Assembly (NCBI GenBank): GCA_964016885.1
Contig: OZ024747.1
Span: forward strand, 64,356,001 to 64,420,000
Source: Eledone cirrhosa
Lineage: Eukaryota
Length of the DNA: 64,000 nucleotides
Reading direction: 5' to 3'
The notes under the pieces were generated by a model. That model saw nothing but the letters and a program-made list of their open reading frames with translations. It had not been told where the DNA came from and ran no database searches. Every line of letters starts with the position of its first letter. Position 1 is the stretch's first letter. This document shows, in pieces, positions 1 to 13,013 of the stretch. A program made the translations under genes and the position numbers.

Positions 1-46
1 GGTGAGATAATTCTGGACGGATATGACACAAAAATGCTAAAGGATT

Positions 47-302
47 AAACAACATAAATTACAAATATTTACCAAACACGTATTCAAATATATCGCTTAA
101 TCCTCCATATGGACTACAAATAGAATCTCTGATAGCGAGAATATTTGTACTCCATTTGGAGGATTACACCGGATATTTGGACATGTATTTGGTAAATATT
201 TATGTTGTTTCATAAATTCTGAAGAGATAAGCAGAAGTTTGAATATTCCTTTTGTATTGCACGAATCGTTCGTTAATTAATTTAATGTAATTTACACATA
301 AC
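47..302 (+). mobile_element. Diverged fold-back island (about 75-bp arms, 47-210) followed by a hammerhead relic and a short tail ending at (TA)n; probable PLE terminus remnant
   Basis: TAATCCTCCATATGGACTACAAATA pairs with TATTTGTACTCCATTTGGAGGATTA and AAACAACATAAAT with ATTTATGTTGTTT. Downstream: AATT-CTGAAGA(219-225)...GAAT-CGTTCG-TT-AATT. (TA)n starts at 303. Confidence 0.5.
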
Positions 303-324
303 TATATATATATATATATATATA

Positions 325-410
325 TATTAAAATAACAGATTCAAGTTTAAGCAAAGAATCGCTGCTTTCGCCCCTAACAGGATCTTCTGAAACTAAAAAA
401 ATTAATCTGG
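325..410. repeat. Dispersed repeat terminus abutting (TA)n; second copy at about 14837-14920
   Basis: TATTAAAATAACAGATT(C/A)AAGTTTAAGCAAAGAAT...GGATCTT(C/A)TGAAACTAAAAAA occurs at both sites, each directly after a (TA)n tract. Confidence 0.7.
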
Positions 411-2286
411 TGCCCTAATACTCAGTTTAATGACTAAAATTAATGAAAAATATAGAATGACTGTACTAACAATACTAAAGTACGTGTAACGAAGGAGAAA
501 TAGAAAAGAAAATAGAACACTCATTAAAAATATGAGGACGGATCTTTAAAAATCTGCTTGGAAATATGGGAAGGAGAAGAATTGAATTGAATCAAGGAAA
601 CAAAAAGAATTCTATCAACACGTTTAATAAAAAAAAAATTGTCAATTAATATTATTGTGATAAATATGTGAGCAAATAACATCACTGATAAAAATGGTTC
701 ATTATATTCTAGAGACATATTGTCGCTGAAATATCAAGTACTGTGATTGGCTGGTAAGAAAGACAAGAAAAATAATATTACAACTTGGGTTCATTCCTTC
801 AAGAGATCTTGAAAAATATAACGAGTTGCATGAATTATTAGAAAGAAAAATAGTAAATTAAGATAAAGTTGTTTGAGTGCTTTAACAGACAGAAAGAACA
901 TTTTGAAATGAGAGGAAAGAGAGTGAAAGTAAATAGATATATATCTACATTAAATAAAATCGTGTAATAAGAGAGAATATAATTGATAACTTCACTCTCG
1001 ACTCCAAAATTTCCATAAATGACAGAAGCGTTTAATTATTATTTTTTTTACTCGTGTCTTGCGTGCAGCGTTTCTCATAAAATATTCTATGTGCTCCCGC
1101 CACACTTTAACTAATTTATTTTCATAATGTCGCTTCATTTGTGACCATTGTTATAATAAAAAAAACGATTGTGGATATTAGTGCTGTCTGCCGCACACGT
1201 ACCGATAGCTTTTTACAGTGTTTCGCATAGAATATATTCTGTTACAGGATTGCTGAAAAAATAAATGAGGTGTGTGTGTGTGTGGGGGGGTCATTTAGCA
1301 AAGCTACGGTACTTTGTAACGTCCACACTCCGAATTAGAAAGGAAAGGTTCGTTCTGAGAGAGTGTACGTGGAGAGAAGGAGATAATTGGAATTGTAGGG
1401 AGTTGATAAATGTCAACGAAATTCCCAATATATAACTTTTGTAAACTGATTATTTCGGTAAATGCAAAGACATGAGAAAAACCGTAGACATTTTAAGATT
1501 GCTAATTCTCGTTGAAAGGGAAATAAACTGATTACTAGGCACGTATATTGATAACACCATGCCATATTTCGACTTATTATTATTCAAATAAAGTCCTGTA
1601 ACATTTCCTCACTGGGGAACACGTATTTGCGATAACTCTAAAATTTACAGCAGGATTTGGAAGTCAAATATGCATATAATATGTGGAAGTAATTTTATAT
1701 AATTAACGCCACGGTTATCCAATTAAACATAACTATGTATTCCCAAACATGTAGAAGATTCATTGCTTGAAATTTAGATATTGTGTGTGTATAATATTTT
1801 TATAGCTATTGCATTAATCTTCCAATTATAGTTGATGACAATAACGGCTAAATTTAGTGTGGTATGGGATATAAACATTCCCGCGCTTAATATCTCACCT
1901 CTGTAATACAAAGGAGTCCTACAGCAACAGGATCAGTGTTAAATGACTATGCATTAATTTAACGAGCAGCATACGGAATCGTGTTGTTATATCCAAGATA
2001 ATAATTGAGGCTTAGTAATTGAAAGCTTGTAGATTCAATGAGTCAAAGAAATATGAATCTAATTTGAAGTGAAAACATTGTTACAAGCTACGATAACATA
2101 TATCCTGGGAATGGTGACGCATTAGAGAGGAGTAAATGGATGAAGTTTGTAACGTTATACAAATGTAGGAAAATTAAAGTATTAAGCAATATTAAAGTGT
2201 TTCAGGGTAGCCCGCAAATACGAATACTGCATTTATTTATGCATGCTATTATCTATTACAAAGTTCGTCGATTGATAGTGTTATTA

Positions 2287-2478
2287 TAATTGTTTCCACT
2301 TTTGGCACAAGGCCAGCAATAACCCAGTACATTACTGCTACATTATTTTATCGACCCCGTACGGATGAAAGGCAAAGTTAACCTCGGCGGGATTTGAACT
2401 CAGAATGGCAAGGGCCGTAACTCTATACGTCAAAGCATGGCGTCCGAACCTCTACCAATACTGCCAATCCACCACCCT
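2287..2478 (-). mobile_element. tRNA-derived SINE with Nin/Deu-type central domain
   Basis: Reverse complement has B-box GAGTTCAAATCCC and GCCTTTCATCC..GGGGTCGATAAAATAA. Imperfect TSD TGTTATTATAATT (2279-2291) / TGTTAGTATAATT (2478-2490). Confidence 0.85.
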
Positions 2479-2617
2479 GTTAGTATAATTATAATGTCGG
2501 GAAATTCCCCGTGGTTTGAGTTCAAATCCCACTGAGGTCTATTTTAGTTTTCATCTTTCTACACTTTGATAATTAAATTCCCAGGTCTTGTCATGTTTGA
2601 GCTGTCATGCCGTAGCC

Positions 2618-2964
2618 TAAAGGTTCTCAAATTTAGCCCCCCCCCCCCCTCCCTATCAGGGGGGGGGGGGGCAAAAAGGCTCCAGGGCAGTACTAGGGCT
2701 TACGGGGGCGGTGGGGTGTGGAAGAGATGATATAACAGTATATTAAATATCAAATGATGCATATATATAAATGTAGTAAAATAAAAACTATATGATATTT
2801 ATTTATACATAGTATATTTTATATCATTTATTACATATATATTAACGAATTTGTTTATATATTATTTACAAATTTTGTGTATGCAAGTCTCGTTGGAATC
2901 AGTGGTGAGGGCGCTGAGAGTATTACGTGGCCGTGAGGGGGTGCCAAATGCTTGAGAACCACTG
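2618..2964. mobile_element. hAT (Charlie/MER5-like) MITE
   Basis: Right TIR TTGAGAACCACTG (reverse complement CAGTGGTTCTCAA), degenerate left TIR TAAAGGTTCTCAA, 8-bp TSD CCGTAGCC/CCGTAGAC. Confidence 0.7.
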
Positions 2965-3406
2965 CCGTAGACGATCCGCTAGATCAGTGGTACAGAGAGC
3001 GCCAGGTTACGATCCCATAGCTTCCATTTCCAGACTTCTCTAATTCGTGCCCATTTGAAATTTTCATCTAGAATCATTTCCCCGAATGCCATTGCAGAGT
3101 TTTCAAATCTCATTAATTTTATATTGACAAAGGTAATTACGTTCAACGCAACAACAATTTAATTTTGTGAACTGTTAATTAGGGACCAGCACAAAAGTTG
3201 GACCTATGAGTATTTCATTTGATATATACACATTTTCATTATTCATTCTCAGTTTGGATTCGTCCCTTGAATAATTTTCCTCCACGTTTGCTTCTTTGGT
3301 AAAAATACTTCCTATGGAAACAACATGCCTCCATACACAAAGATTCACACACATAAATAGATATGCATGCACACGCAGACATACGCATATATACATACAT
3401 ACGTGG

Positions 3407-3451
<45 letters not shown>

Positions 3452-3492
3452 CGCGTGTGTGTGTGTGTGAATATATATATATATATATATAT

Positions 3493-3792
3493 ATAATATA
3501 AGATCAAAAGATGGTTAAAGGAGTTCAATATATTTTATTATGCGCATTTCAAAAACAAACATCATCAAACAATAATATTTGTGTTTTCATCAGATAAAAC
3601 TGTTTTATCTGATGAAAACACAAATATTATTGTTTGATGATGTTTGTTTTTGAAATGCGCATAATAAAATATATTGAACTCCTTTAACCATCTTTTGATC
3701 TTATATTATGCATACTCCAGTCCCACAAACTGTAGAGTGCTTCTTATCCGATATCTGCATTGCTTTATTGTACTACAATAAAACTCACCTCC

Positions 3793-3796
<4 letters not shown>
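3493..3796 (+). mobile_element. Miniature fold-back element: perfect 108-bp-arm palindrome (3493-3709, centre T3601) plus about 87-bp tail, between (TA)n tracts
   Basis: Arms read as exact reverse complements (...CAGATAAAAC-T-GTTTTATCTG...). Each arm carries a hammerhead motif. Confidence 0.85.
3601..3671 (+). ncRNA. Minimal type I hammerhead ribozyme (mirror copy on - strand at 3531-3601)
   Basis: Stem I TTTTAT/ATAAAA; core CTGATGA (3609-3615); stem II CAAATATTA/TGATGTTTG; GAAA (3652-3655); palindromic helix III ATGCGCAT; cleavage triplet AUA. Confidence 0.75.
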
Positions 3797-3840
<44 letters not shown>

Positions 3841-3978
3841 TGAGTATATATATGTGTGTGTGTGTATGTGTCTGTGTGCCTGTGTGTATGTATGAATATA
3901 TATATATATACACACATATATGAGTACATATATATGTGTGTGTGTGTGTGTATACATTTACACACACATATATATGAG

Positions 3979-4030
<52 letters not shown>

Positions 4031-5394
4031 TCAGAATTATTATATATCATAATATGTCCCTCAATCTTTCTATGCGCATAAAGATATCAAGATTTGACAT
4101 ACTGACAATCCTACAGACACTTAAAGATATGAACATGCGTCAAAACGGCAAAATATATCATGTATTGCCGTACAATAAATTGAAAATATCTAATAACAAA
4201 ACTAAATTTGATTAATAGTAAGACGAAAAGTATATGATGCTTACCTTTCTCACTGATTCCCCAATAACGTTGTGCTTACTTCCGTTTGTAGACGAAGCTG
4301 TAAATATGCTTGTATATTTCCTCCGTGTGCCACAAAAAAATGATATTAATCTCCAAATTTGAATTATGAAAATGTCTGAAATAGCAAACAAGACAGGAAA
4401 TAATAAAGATGTCAATTTCTGGACAATATGTATGCATATCTATCGCAATAAATATATTCCTACAAAATTATTACTTCTAGTGGAATATAAATACATCTAG
4501 TTTAGTTTCGGATTTTTCTTTTTTATGGATAATATTGTTGCTTCTTATGATGTGAGATTTTTCTACATTTTCTATCCTCCAAAGTGTGAAGTAAGTTCGC
4601 ACAATAATACTCAACAGATTATAAAATATTCCTATGTTTCGGATATGATATCTTTATATATCTATTTATTTATTATTTGGTTCAACAAACATCACAATGT
4701 AAAAATCTAAGTGGAATCTTAACAGTATCGATATTACTAGTTAGCAAATAAACTAGCCTCCACGCAGACGATGAAATCACCATGTTAAGGAAATAAACAG
4801 AAATAAATATGACATAACTATATCGACTATATGGACACAAGATGAGATGACCCGGACTGCGAACAAAATTAGGGGTAGAACAAAAATAAACTGCATTGAA
4901 AGCCTGTAATGGTACCGGATGTGTGCTGAGAATGCTGATGATGGATACAAAACCTCGGAGTCGACTTAGGTAGATGGATTTCCTACCAAAGTCTCTCTGT
5001 ATATATATGTAGCTAATGTAGTGTATAATGTTTCTTAAAGCCCTATATCTCTTTCTCTACCTATCTATCACTTCGATTTCTCTCTCTTTCTCATTATTTC
5101 CCCCTCGCTGTCGTTCACTCTCTCCCTGTCGTTTACTCTCCCCCTCTCTTCCTCATTAGTTCTCCCTCTCTCTTTCTCGATATTGAATTCATAAAAATGT
5201 ACACACACACACACATACACAGAATGATAATAACAATGGGGTTAGTCAAAACCAGATGCTGACGCTATATCCAGCCTGATAAACTAACAATGTCACATTT
5301 TTGAAATAGTCCACGCGGTGGACGATTTAAACCGGTAAAACCTTTCGAATGAAACAATATTTTTGAAATAGAATATCTTATCTCAACACATCTC

Positions 5395-5605
5395 GAGTTT
5401 CATAGGAGGTTGGGTAGCATTTCAAGTATCTAAAAGAAATCGTAAGTCTGTCTCAACGACTTCATATAACAGCAAAGTCTTGGAACGAAGCATCAGAAGG
5501 TTCCTGGCATAAGCCGAGAGGAAAATAACCTACTAATAGACATCCAACACGGCTTTCACTTAGGAAGCAGCTGCGTTAGACAGCTTCTGCAGCATTATAA
5601 TTGAG
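5395..5605 (+). pseudogene. CR1/L2-type LINE reverse transcriptase fragment
   Basis: Manual translation across frameshifts gives ...SKVLERSIR... and NLLIDIQHGFHLGSSCVRQLLQHY, matching the QHGF..GRSC..QLL RT motif. A SINE follows immediately. Confidence 0.65.
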
Positions 5606-5610
5606 CGCTG

Positions 5611-5825
5611 AGGGCGGTAGATTGGCAGTGTTGGTTAATCATTGGACAACATGCTTTGTGGTATATAGTTACATACATTTGCGTTCTGAGTTCAAATCCC
5701 GCAGATGTTAACTTTACTATTCTTCATAACGGGGTCAATAATTAAGTACCAGTAACGCACTGGGGTCGATTTAATAGAATTTCCCTTCCCTCAAAATTGC
5801 TGGTCTTCTGCAGCAACCATTGTAA
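5611..5825 (+). mobile_element. tRNA-derived SINE (Nin/Deu-type, long form)
   Basis: GGGCGGTAGATTGGCAG head, GAGTTCAAATCCC B-box, GGGGTCAATAATTAAGTACCAG. Confidence 0.8.
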
Positions 5826-6092
5826 TTAGCTGCTGAAATACCTGCTATATCACTCAAACGAGGAAGAGATATACACGATGGGATATATCCTTGACGTTGA
5901 TCATAGATGAAACCCTAATATCCGAATGTTATCACAATTGCAGTGTATTGTTCTCCCGCTGTTTTCTATGATGACCTTTCTATGTAGTCAGATTCTTTCT
6001 ATATTGCCGCACCTGAAACATCGCGGTTTTGTTAAGGTTCAACACAACCAAACATATTTCTTCCTAGCTGCTTGCTAATTTGTAATGATATT

Positions 6093-6276
6093 TTGGCAGT
6101 ATCTACAGGGGGTCGGACGCCATGCTTTGCAGCAAAGAGTTACGTCCCTTTATGGTTCTGAGTTCAAATCCCGCTGAGGTTAACTTTGCCTTTCATCCTT
6201 ACGTGGTCGATAAAATAAAATACCAGTAATGCAGTGGGATAATTGCTGGCATTGTGCAAAAAGTAGAAATAATTAT
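6093..6276 (+). mobile_element. tRNA-derived SINE (Nin/Deu-type, short form)
   Basis: GAGTTCAAATCCCGCTGAGGTTAACTTTGCCTTTCATCCTTACGTGGTCGATAAAATAA. Confidence 0.85.
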
Positions 6277-6321
6277 TTCCATAGTGTTCTTGGAGAAAAA
6301 GATTCAGCAGCCTGTACATAT

Positions 6322-6411
6322 GGGTCGCTATATATTTTGGGGTCGCTATATATTTTGGGGTCGCTATATATTTTGGGGTCGCTATATATTTTTGGGTCGC
6401 TATATATTTTT
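6322..6411. repeat. 18-bp minisatellite, 5 copies
   Basis: Unit GGGTCGCTATATATTTT(G/T) repeated head to tail; gives the KYIATP repeats in the ORF track. Confidence 0.95.
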
Positions 6412-6666
6412 TGCCAATATATTTTGTGAGTTTTGATGAATCACATATACTGAGTTTAGAACACAATATTATATGTATGTTATAAATATGCATGCTATAA
6501 AACTTCCTATTTATCACCCTCTCGATATCTTCCCCGTCTCCGTATATATATATATGTGTGTGTGTGTGTCTGTGTGTGTGTACACATATAGTGTATCATG
6601 CATGGGTTGGGTATTACATCCATCTGTATATATACATACACACATTATATATATATATATACACAC

Positions 6667-6716
<50 letters not shown>

Positions 6717-6801
6717 TATGTATCATGTGTGTGCGTGCGTATGTGCGCGCGCGCGTGCGTGCGTTGTTGCTTGCTTCAAGCAGACACATCTACGCACATA
6801 C

Positions 6802-6876
<75 letters not shown>

Positions 6877-9800
6877 AAGATATTTTCAGTATAAGACTTA
6901 AGCGGATTGCAATGGTGATCGGATCATTCTAAACCAATCATCCTCCCCTGTATTTAGTCAGCACCGAATTAATGTTATCTTTAAAACTAGCAGACTTGCT
7001 GGCTTCAATTCCGCCGTAGAATTTGTTTTCTACGCGTTACTCTTTGTGGTTTGGCTTTCTATAATGAACTCGAATCCTGAAGCCGATTATTTAATACTCA
7101 TTCCCCCTCTCTCCCTCGCTTTCACGCTCTCTCTTTTTCTCACTCTCTCACACACACACACACACAATCTCTCTCTCTCCATATATTAATATGTATATAT
7201 ATATATATATATAAACACACATACATATAAACACATACATACATACACATATACATACATACACACATGCATATATTCACACACACATACATATGCCAAA
7301 ACGTATCTAATATAATGTTATGATTTAACCAGTGAACTTCAAACTCTTTAGGGAGAGTAAATTGTGTTTCCATATTCATTTTTGCAGATCTACATATCTG
7401 GCTCACATGCTAAGTAATTCTTATTTAAATTTTTAGCTACATTCTTTCATTCATTCCTTCGCCCAGTTTTCCTTGTCCTTCTTTCCTTTTCATTGAATTT
7501 CTCTCTATTTCTATTTTTCGTTCTTTGCACTTTCCTTCTTTTTCTTTTCTCCCGCATCTCTATTATCTAATTAATCACACCAGCAAACTTGATATTTCGC
7601 CTCTAGTGTAAGCTTCCCTAATACTTGATATAAACATCAGTATTCACTTACGGACTATAATAGACGAAACTTTCACAGGTTCGCTTTGTTTAGTTTTAAT
7701 TCGATTACTCCAACTTTCCCTATCCTTTTGTAAATAACAATGAAATGATTGAATTGTGTCTATTACCATATATGTGTGTGTGTGTGTGTGTTTATTCCGA
7801 GTTCAATAGGGGGTAACCACAGTAAGTAAGGTACTCACTACATAGCAGAGTATACATATTTAATATAGAAATGGCTTCTACAGAACTAGAACTGTTTCCT
7901 TCGAAAGAAATCATCAGGAAATCATCATGTGTATCTATCTATTTATCTCTCTATATATATATATATCGACAGTCAATCGAAAAGATCCCACGCCTCGTTC
8001 GCTTAACGAATGGGATGGAGTTCGTCAAATCAGACCAAGGAAACAATGTGTCTATGTTTAGTAAATATAGACTTGAATTTCCAGCATTTTACTCATGTAG
8101 TACTGGCCATAACTGCCATTGCTTATTTGTTTTTTACTTGACATGCTGGCAAAAACCACAGGGCTATCCGAAATATATTTTCCCTCGACTATCCGTAAAG
8201 TGGGTCTCTATCTTTTTAGTTATTTGATATAATGAAGCTTGTTACATTCTTTTGCTTTGATTCAATAATGTCAATAATATGATTTGTATTAGAGAATATA
8301 TCCGTCACTTTCGTGAGATATTTATTCATATGTCCAAGTACGAACACTTTTCAATTAATATGACATTTTATATGTGTGAGAGAGAGAGAGGGAGAGCGAG
8401 GGAGAGAGGGGAGAGAGAGGGGGGGGGGATAGCGAGAGAGAGAGAGAATTTCTTTCTTTTAAATGGAAATATTTAAAGCTGAAATTATCGATGTCATTAT
8501 TTTTCTATCTTGTAGCTTATTAAACCCTAGAACAAAGGCAAGGCTAGCCTTGTCAGGACTTGGAACCATAACGTGAGATGTTCTAACAAAATACCATTTG
8601 TCATTCACGTTTTGCTCTACTGATTCTGTCAATCAATATCCATTAAGAATACATATTACCAATATAAATTTCAAGCACAAACGATTGTAGAGTAGTTAAT
8701 ATAAACTGACGCTGAATGTTATCATGTCCCATTATATTTTGCTTTCATTCTTTCTATTTTACAAAAAAATGATCCCAGTTATTATTTAATCAAAATGAAG
8801 AAATGTACAAATCAACTACATTATTCTAAATTTATATCACACTTGTATCTTAAATTATAAAACACTTCAAGAATCAAACATGTCTAAGTACAGTCAAACA
8901 TTTGACATTAACAAACAAAAGAGAATAACGTTTGAAGCAAATATTAAATGTATTCCGTTCATTCTGATGTTGAATATATTCGACTCTTGTTGCCCATCAA
9001 GTGTTATGAACTTTTTTCATCATATACTAAAAATCCTGAGGTTTGCTCCCCTTTTCACCGCTCTTCCCTAGGGAGTCTATGAAATATGCACCACTTAAGT
9101 ACTCATGTCGGTGAAATCAACATCTACCCACACGAATATGTATCCTTGCGCACACGTTTTGAAGTCAATGTTAGAGACAAATATTAGTCTAAAACACAAT
9201 AGGTTTGCTGCTATTTCACATGCGATTTTGTCTTGACAATTATGTGAATATCAAAATATAGAAAAACAACACAGACCAACAGATTTGCTGAATACGACAC
9301 ACTGGTTTTCATTTCCGCTGAACATGACAGGGAAAGGAAACACAATACAGCACAAAGGAAGTACAAAGCAATATATTGAAAGTTTTTATCTAAAACTCTC
9401 AGTTACTGGATGAAATGAAATGAAGAAAAGTACTGGCTGTGAAGATCAATTGATAAATAAGTTTGTTCACGTTCTTCTGAGAAAACTATCCATACACTGT
9501 TCTGCAAGCAATGTTTATCTTTATCTTCTTAGAGAAAACGGAAATCAACAAAAAGCCGCGTTCTTCTGCCATTTCTATCATGGGCACAGCTTAATGCTTC
9601 ATGCTAATACTTTAATCATTTTTTACTTTATTATATTTTCATTTGTTACTATCTCGGTTGCTTTGAGTTCGTGCCATAAATCTTATTTCCCTTCCCTGGT
9701 GCGATAACGCGTTTCTCTGTCTTTTGAAACTGTACATATATTTTAAGGCTTTACATCCTAACATTAATATTTGTATTATTTCATCGGATAATTCAGAATG

Positions 9801-10034
9801 AAAAGCTAAAAGTGATTTGGCATCATCACTATATTTTAATCGAAATATTTGTTCAAAATTGTGTATGTTGTCCTAGTTGCTGCTCAACCACAAGTTGACA
9901 GTTTTATAAGAACGAGAATCAGTTTTTATTGTTATGAAATCCAGAGGATGCAAAGTGCTTCAATAAAGATGTTGGGCTTATGCATGGAACGTCCTTGGGG
10001 ATAGATCAGTCCAACCACGACTGACCTAAGAGAA

Positions 10035-10170
10035 ATAATTGTTTCTACTGTTGGCACAATGCCAGCAATTATCTCTGTGCATTGCTGGTGCCTAATTTTA
10101 TGAACCTTGTAAGGATGAAAAGCAAAGTTTACCTCAGCGGGATTTGAACTCAGACTGTAAAAGGACCGTC
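10035..10170 (-). mobile_element. SINE (Nin/Deu-type), 5'-truncated; a degenerate SINE of another family follows at about 10190-10492
   Basis: AATTGTTTCTACTGTTGGCACAA...GGATGAAAAGCAAAGTTTACCTCAGCGGGATTTGAACTCAG. Confidence 0.75.
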
Positions 10171-11111
10171 AAGTGGAATGGGCTTCTGTCCGTTTCGATT
10201 TTGAGAGATCCAGTTTAAGTGGCTGAGTATTTCATAGATACAAGTACTGCTTATCCAATTTGCCGTGAGATTCAGCGTGACATCGTATATGACTTAGCTC
10301 ACCTTGTCAACTGCAAGTGCAATACATCTTGCAGACTTTTCAGCAATTTCCCTCTACCCATTTCGACGCAGAGATTTTGTGTTGACCCTAAGTTACGGTA
10401 AGTGACATTTTCCCAATATACACAACGACACAATGGGATCAAAATTGATCATCTTATGTTGATGAATAAAATGTTATTGCAATCAGCCATGCCGCGTCCA
10501 GCAAAAGAAAAAAACAACAACAAAAAAAAACGACATATATTTGGTCGATTTATTTATTCATTCTCATTCTATTTTCCTACTTCAATTACGAGAGGAAATT
10601 ATATTTAGTTCAACAATAGAGTATTTATCATTTCAATAAATATTTTTATTCAATTTGAGATTTGAAGTAATCTTACAATATGCAGGTCAGTGAATACAGC
10701 AGATTTTAATTGTTTAACACTAAAGAGGTGGTAATTAAAACTGCCTATGCTACCAAATCAATAGTCGTTTTAAATTACTTATAAATTGGTCCGATTATAG
10801 AGTTATTGTCGGACGAAGTGTTATTTCTTTTGTTGCTTTTCATGTATATATTGGAATTCTACTCTCTGATAGTTTGTAAAATTAATTACTGTAAAATTTA
10901 CGTAATTTCACTCAGATTTTATTGCAAAGATGTAATTGAAGACATATTTAATCTGTCCAGTATTTAAACCGAAGTAATTATGTCATTTTACATTGACAGG
11001 ATGTATTGAATTGGGCAGAACAAATAATCAATAATTTGTCAACCATAAAACCGTAGATAGTAATCGAGAAAACAGAGAATGGGAGAGAGCTTGAGAATGA
11101 TATATATATAT

Positions 11112-11241
11112 AACGAAAGAAATGTGGTAAGGAACTAGGTGGACCATAACGCACCAGAGTCCTCGATACTATGGGTAGTAGAGTGGGTAATAGGAAAAGA
11201 GTCCGGACTCCTTTCCTATAACCCACTCTACTACCCATAGT
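11112..11241 (-). mobile_element. Fold-back family A, copy 1 (loopless palindrome 11168-11241 plus tail abutting (TA)n)
   Basis: ACTATGGGTAGTAGAGTGGGTAATAGGAAAAGAGTCC|GGACTCCTTTCCTATAACCCACTCTACTACCCATAGT; tail matches the copies at 25.5 and 36.5 kb. Confidence 0.8.
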
Positions 11242-11822
11242 TTCTTGGGTATATTAATTTTAATACATTTTATCTATCGTGTAGTTATTTCATATGTTTA
11301 TTAATGCATGATGCTTTAATTATTTTTTAATTTTGACAACTTGGCTGGTAGGATTTTCCTTCAATTCAATGTTCAAACCAAGCTCAGCTGGTGATTATTG
11401 TCTTTGTTTTGTAGAATGGAACTGTTTGATATTGCTTCAAAATGTTGCTTTCACGTCGTCTTTGTTTCGGTGTTTAAAACATATATTACCAATATATTGG
11501 CTATACAAAACCTGTCAAAACGTAATATATCTTCATCAGTTATTCATAATCCTTGCTTAGACTTACACTCAGAATACAACATCAAATCCTCTACACACAG
11601 TAGCAGATCTCCACTTGATATGTGTCGTATCGGTGTTGTTATATTTATGAGAGTATAGTGCGCCGATATACTAGAATATTCATGTGTATAGACAAGAAGC
11701 TAGAACACAAAGACACCTCATCAAATAGATGCACTTTATTAAGTGTTTCACCACATCGTTTACTATTTAATAATAATCCAAACTTTCGATAGTGTCGTTC
11801 ATATTCTCTTGCTCGCGTCATC

Positions 11823-11862
11823 AACCGGATTTGATAAGGTCATAACCTTATCAAATCCGGTT
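11823..11862. repeat. Perfect 18-bp inverted repeat with 4-nt loop
   Basis: AACCGGATTTGATAAGGT-CATA-ACCTTATCAAATCCGGTT. Confidence 0.95.
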
Positions 11863-12069
11863 AAATTGTCTCTGTAATAGCACAGTTGTCGAAATTATGT
11901 TTGTACTAAAAGGGAGATTCTGGGAAAAATTGGTGTTATTTCTAGTTTACAAATGAAAGGCATGGGACTTTGAAATTAACTATTTTTTTTGCATTTGTAT
12001 TTGAGAGAGATTTAATGTATTTGAGAGAAATTTAAAAAATCGTTGCGGGGTAGTTTCAGTTTGCTTTGG

Positions 12070-12440
12070 AAAGCCTATGATTTGGGATTTTCACCCCGAT
12101 ACTGACGGTTAATCGCACCTTCTACAAAGATGTCACGGAAAAACTTCGTAAAAAGGTCCAGTGATACCGGATGGACATTTATGGAGATTGGGTACTGCAC
12201 CATGATAAAGCGCCCGCTCACACAGCCATTTCAATTAAAGAACATCCGGCGAAGAAAAACATAACTGACTAGCTAAGGACAGTTACAGAAAATAACTTCC
12301 GGTACTGCTACGATCAATGGAAAAGACGTTTGAACCAGTGTGTGATTTTACAAGGATGGTTGAAGGAGATAAATTGTAATTCCATTTACTTCTATTATAC
12401 ATTTTATTAAAACATCAGTACTTTATGGACAAACCTCGTA
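12070..12440 (+). mobile_element. Mariner transposon relic (internally deleted transposase plus right TIR)
   Basis: Translation TVNRTFYKDVTEKLRKKVQ*YRMDIYGDWVLHHDKAPAHTA (mariner HHDNAPAH motif), C-terminal YDQWKRRLNQCV..EGD, and end ACTTTATGGACAAACCTCG-TA. Confidence 0.8.
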
Positions 12441-12702
12441 TATATATCAGTATTTTTATCGTAGTTTGTATTGTAGTTTTTATATTTAATGGCGGAAAAC
12501 CTATAGACAAGTTGGTGTAATCTGCTAGGACACTTATCATGTAAACAAAAAGGTGTGAGCTCGTTTTCCAAGCATGCTGTTATACACTCTATTAATATTA
12601 GATTATTTTTTAGTAAAGACATTCAGCGAAGTTAATAATTCAATTCGATTTTCAAATTCCACGGCTGACTTCTAATCACGTGGTGTTTACACCTCGCCCC
12701 CC

Positions 12703-12759
<57 letters not shown>

Positions 12760-12857
12760 TACATAATATACATATATAAATACACATACGTATATATAAT
12801 ATATGCATTTACATATAAATATACACGCATAAATATATATATATATAAAATATCCAT

Positions 12858-12907
<50 letters not shown>

Positions 12908-12917
12908 CATATACATA

Positions 12918-12966
<49 letters not shown>

Positions 12967-12982
12967 CATATACATATATATA

Positions 12983-13013
<31 letters not shown>

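Noticed and set aside
345-400. Hammerhead-like CAGAAGA..GGCGAAAGCAGC on the minus strand
   Set aside because: Core mismatch, stem I does not pair, and the second copy (14.87 kb) is no better.
6322-6411. CRISPR-like array
   Set aside because: Repeats are contiguous with no spacers; eukaryotic context and no cas genes.
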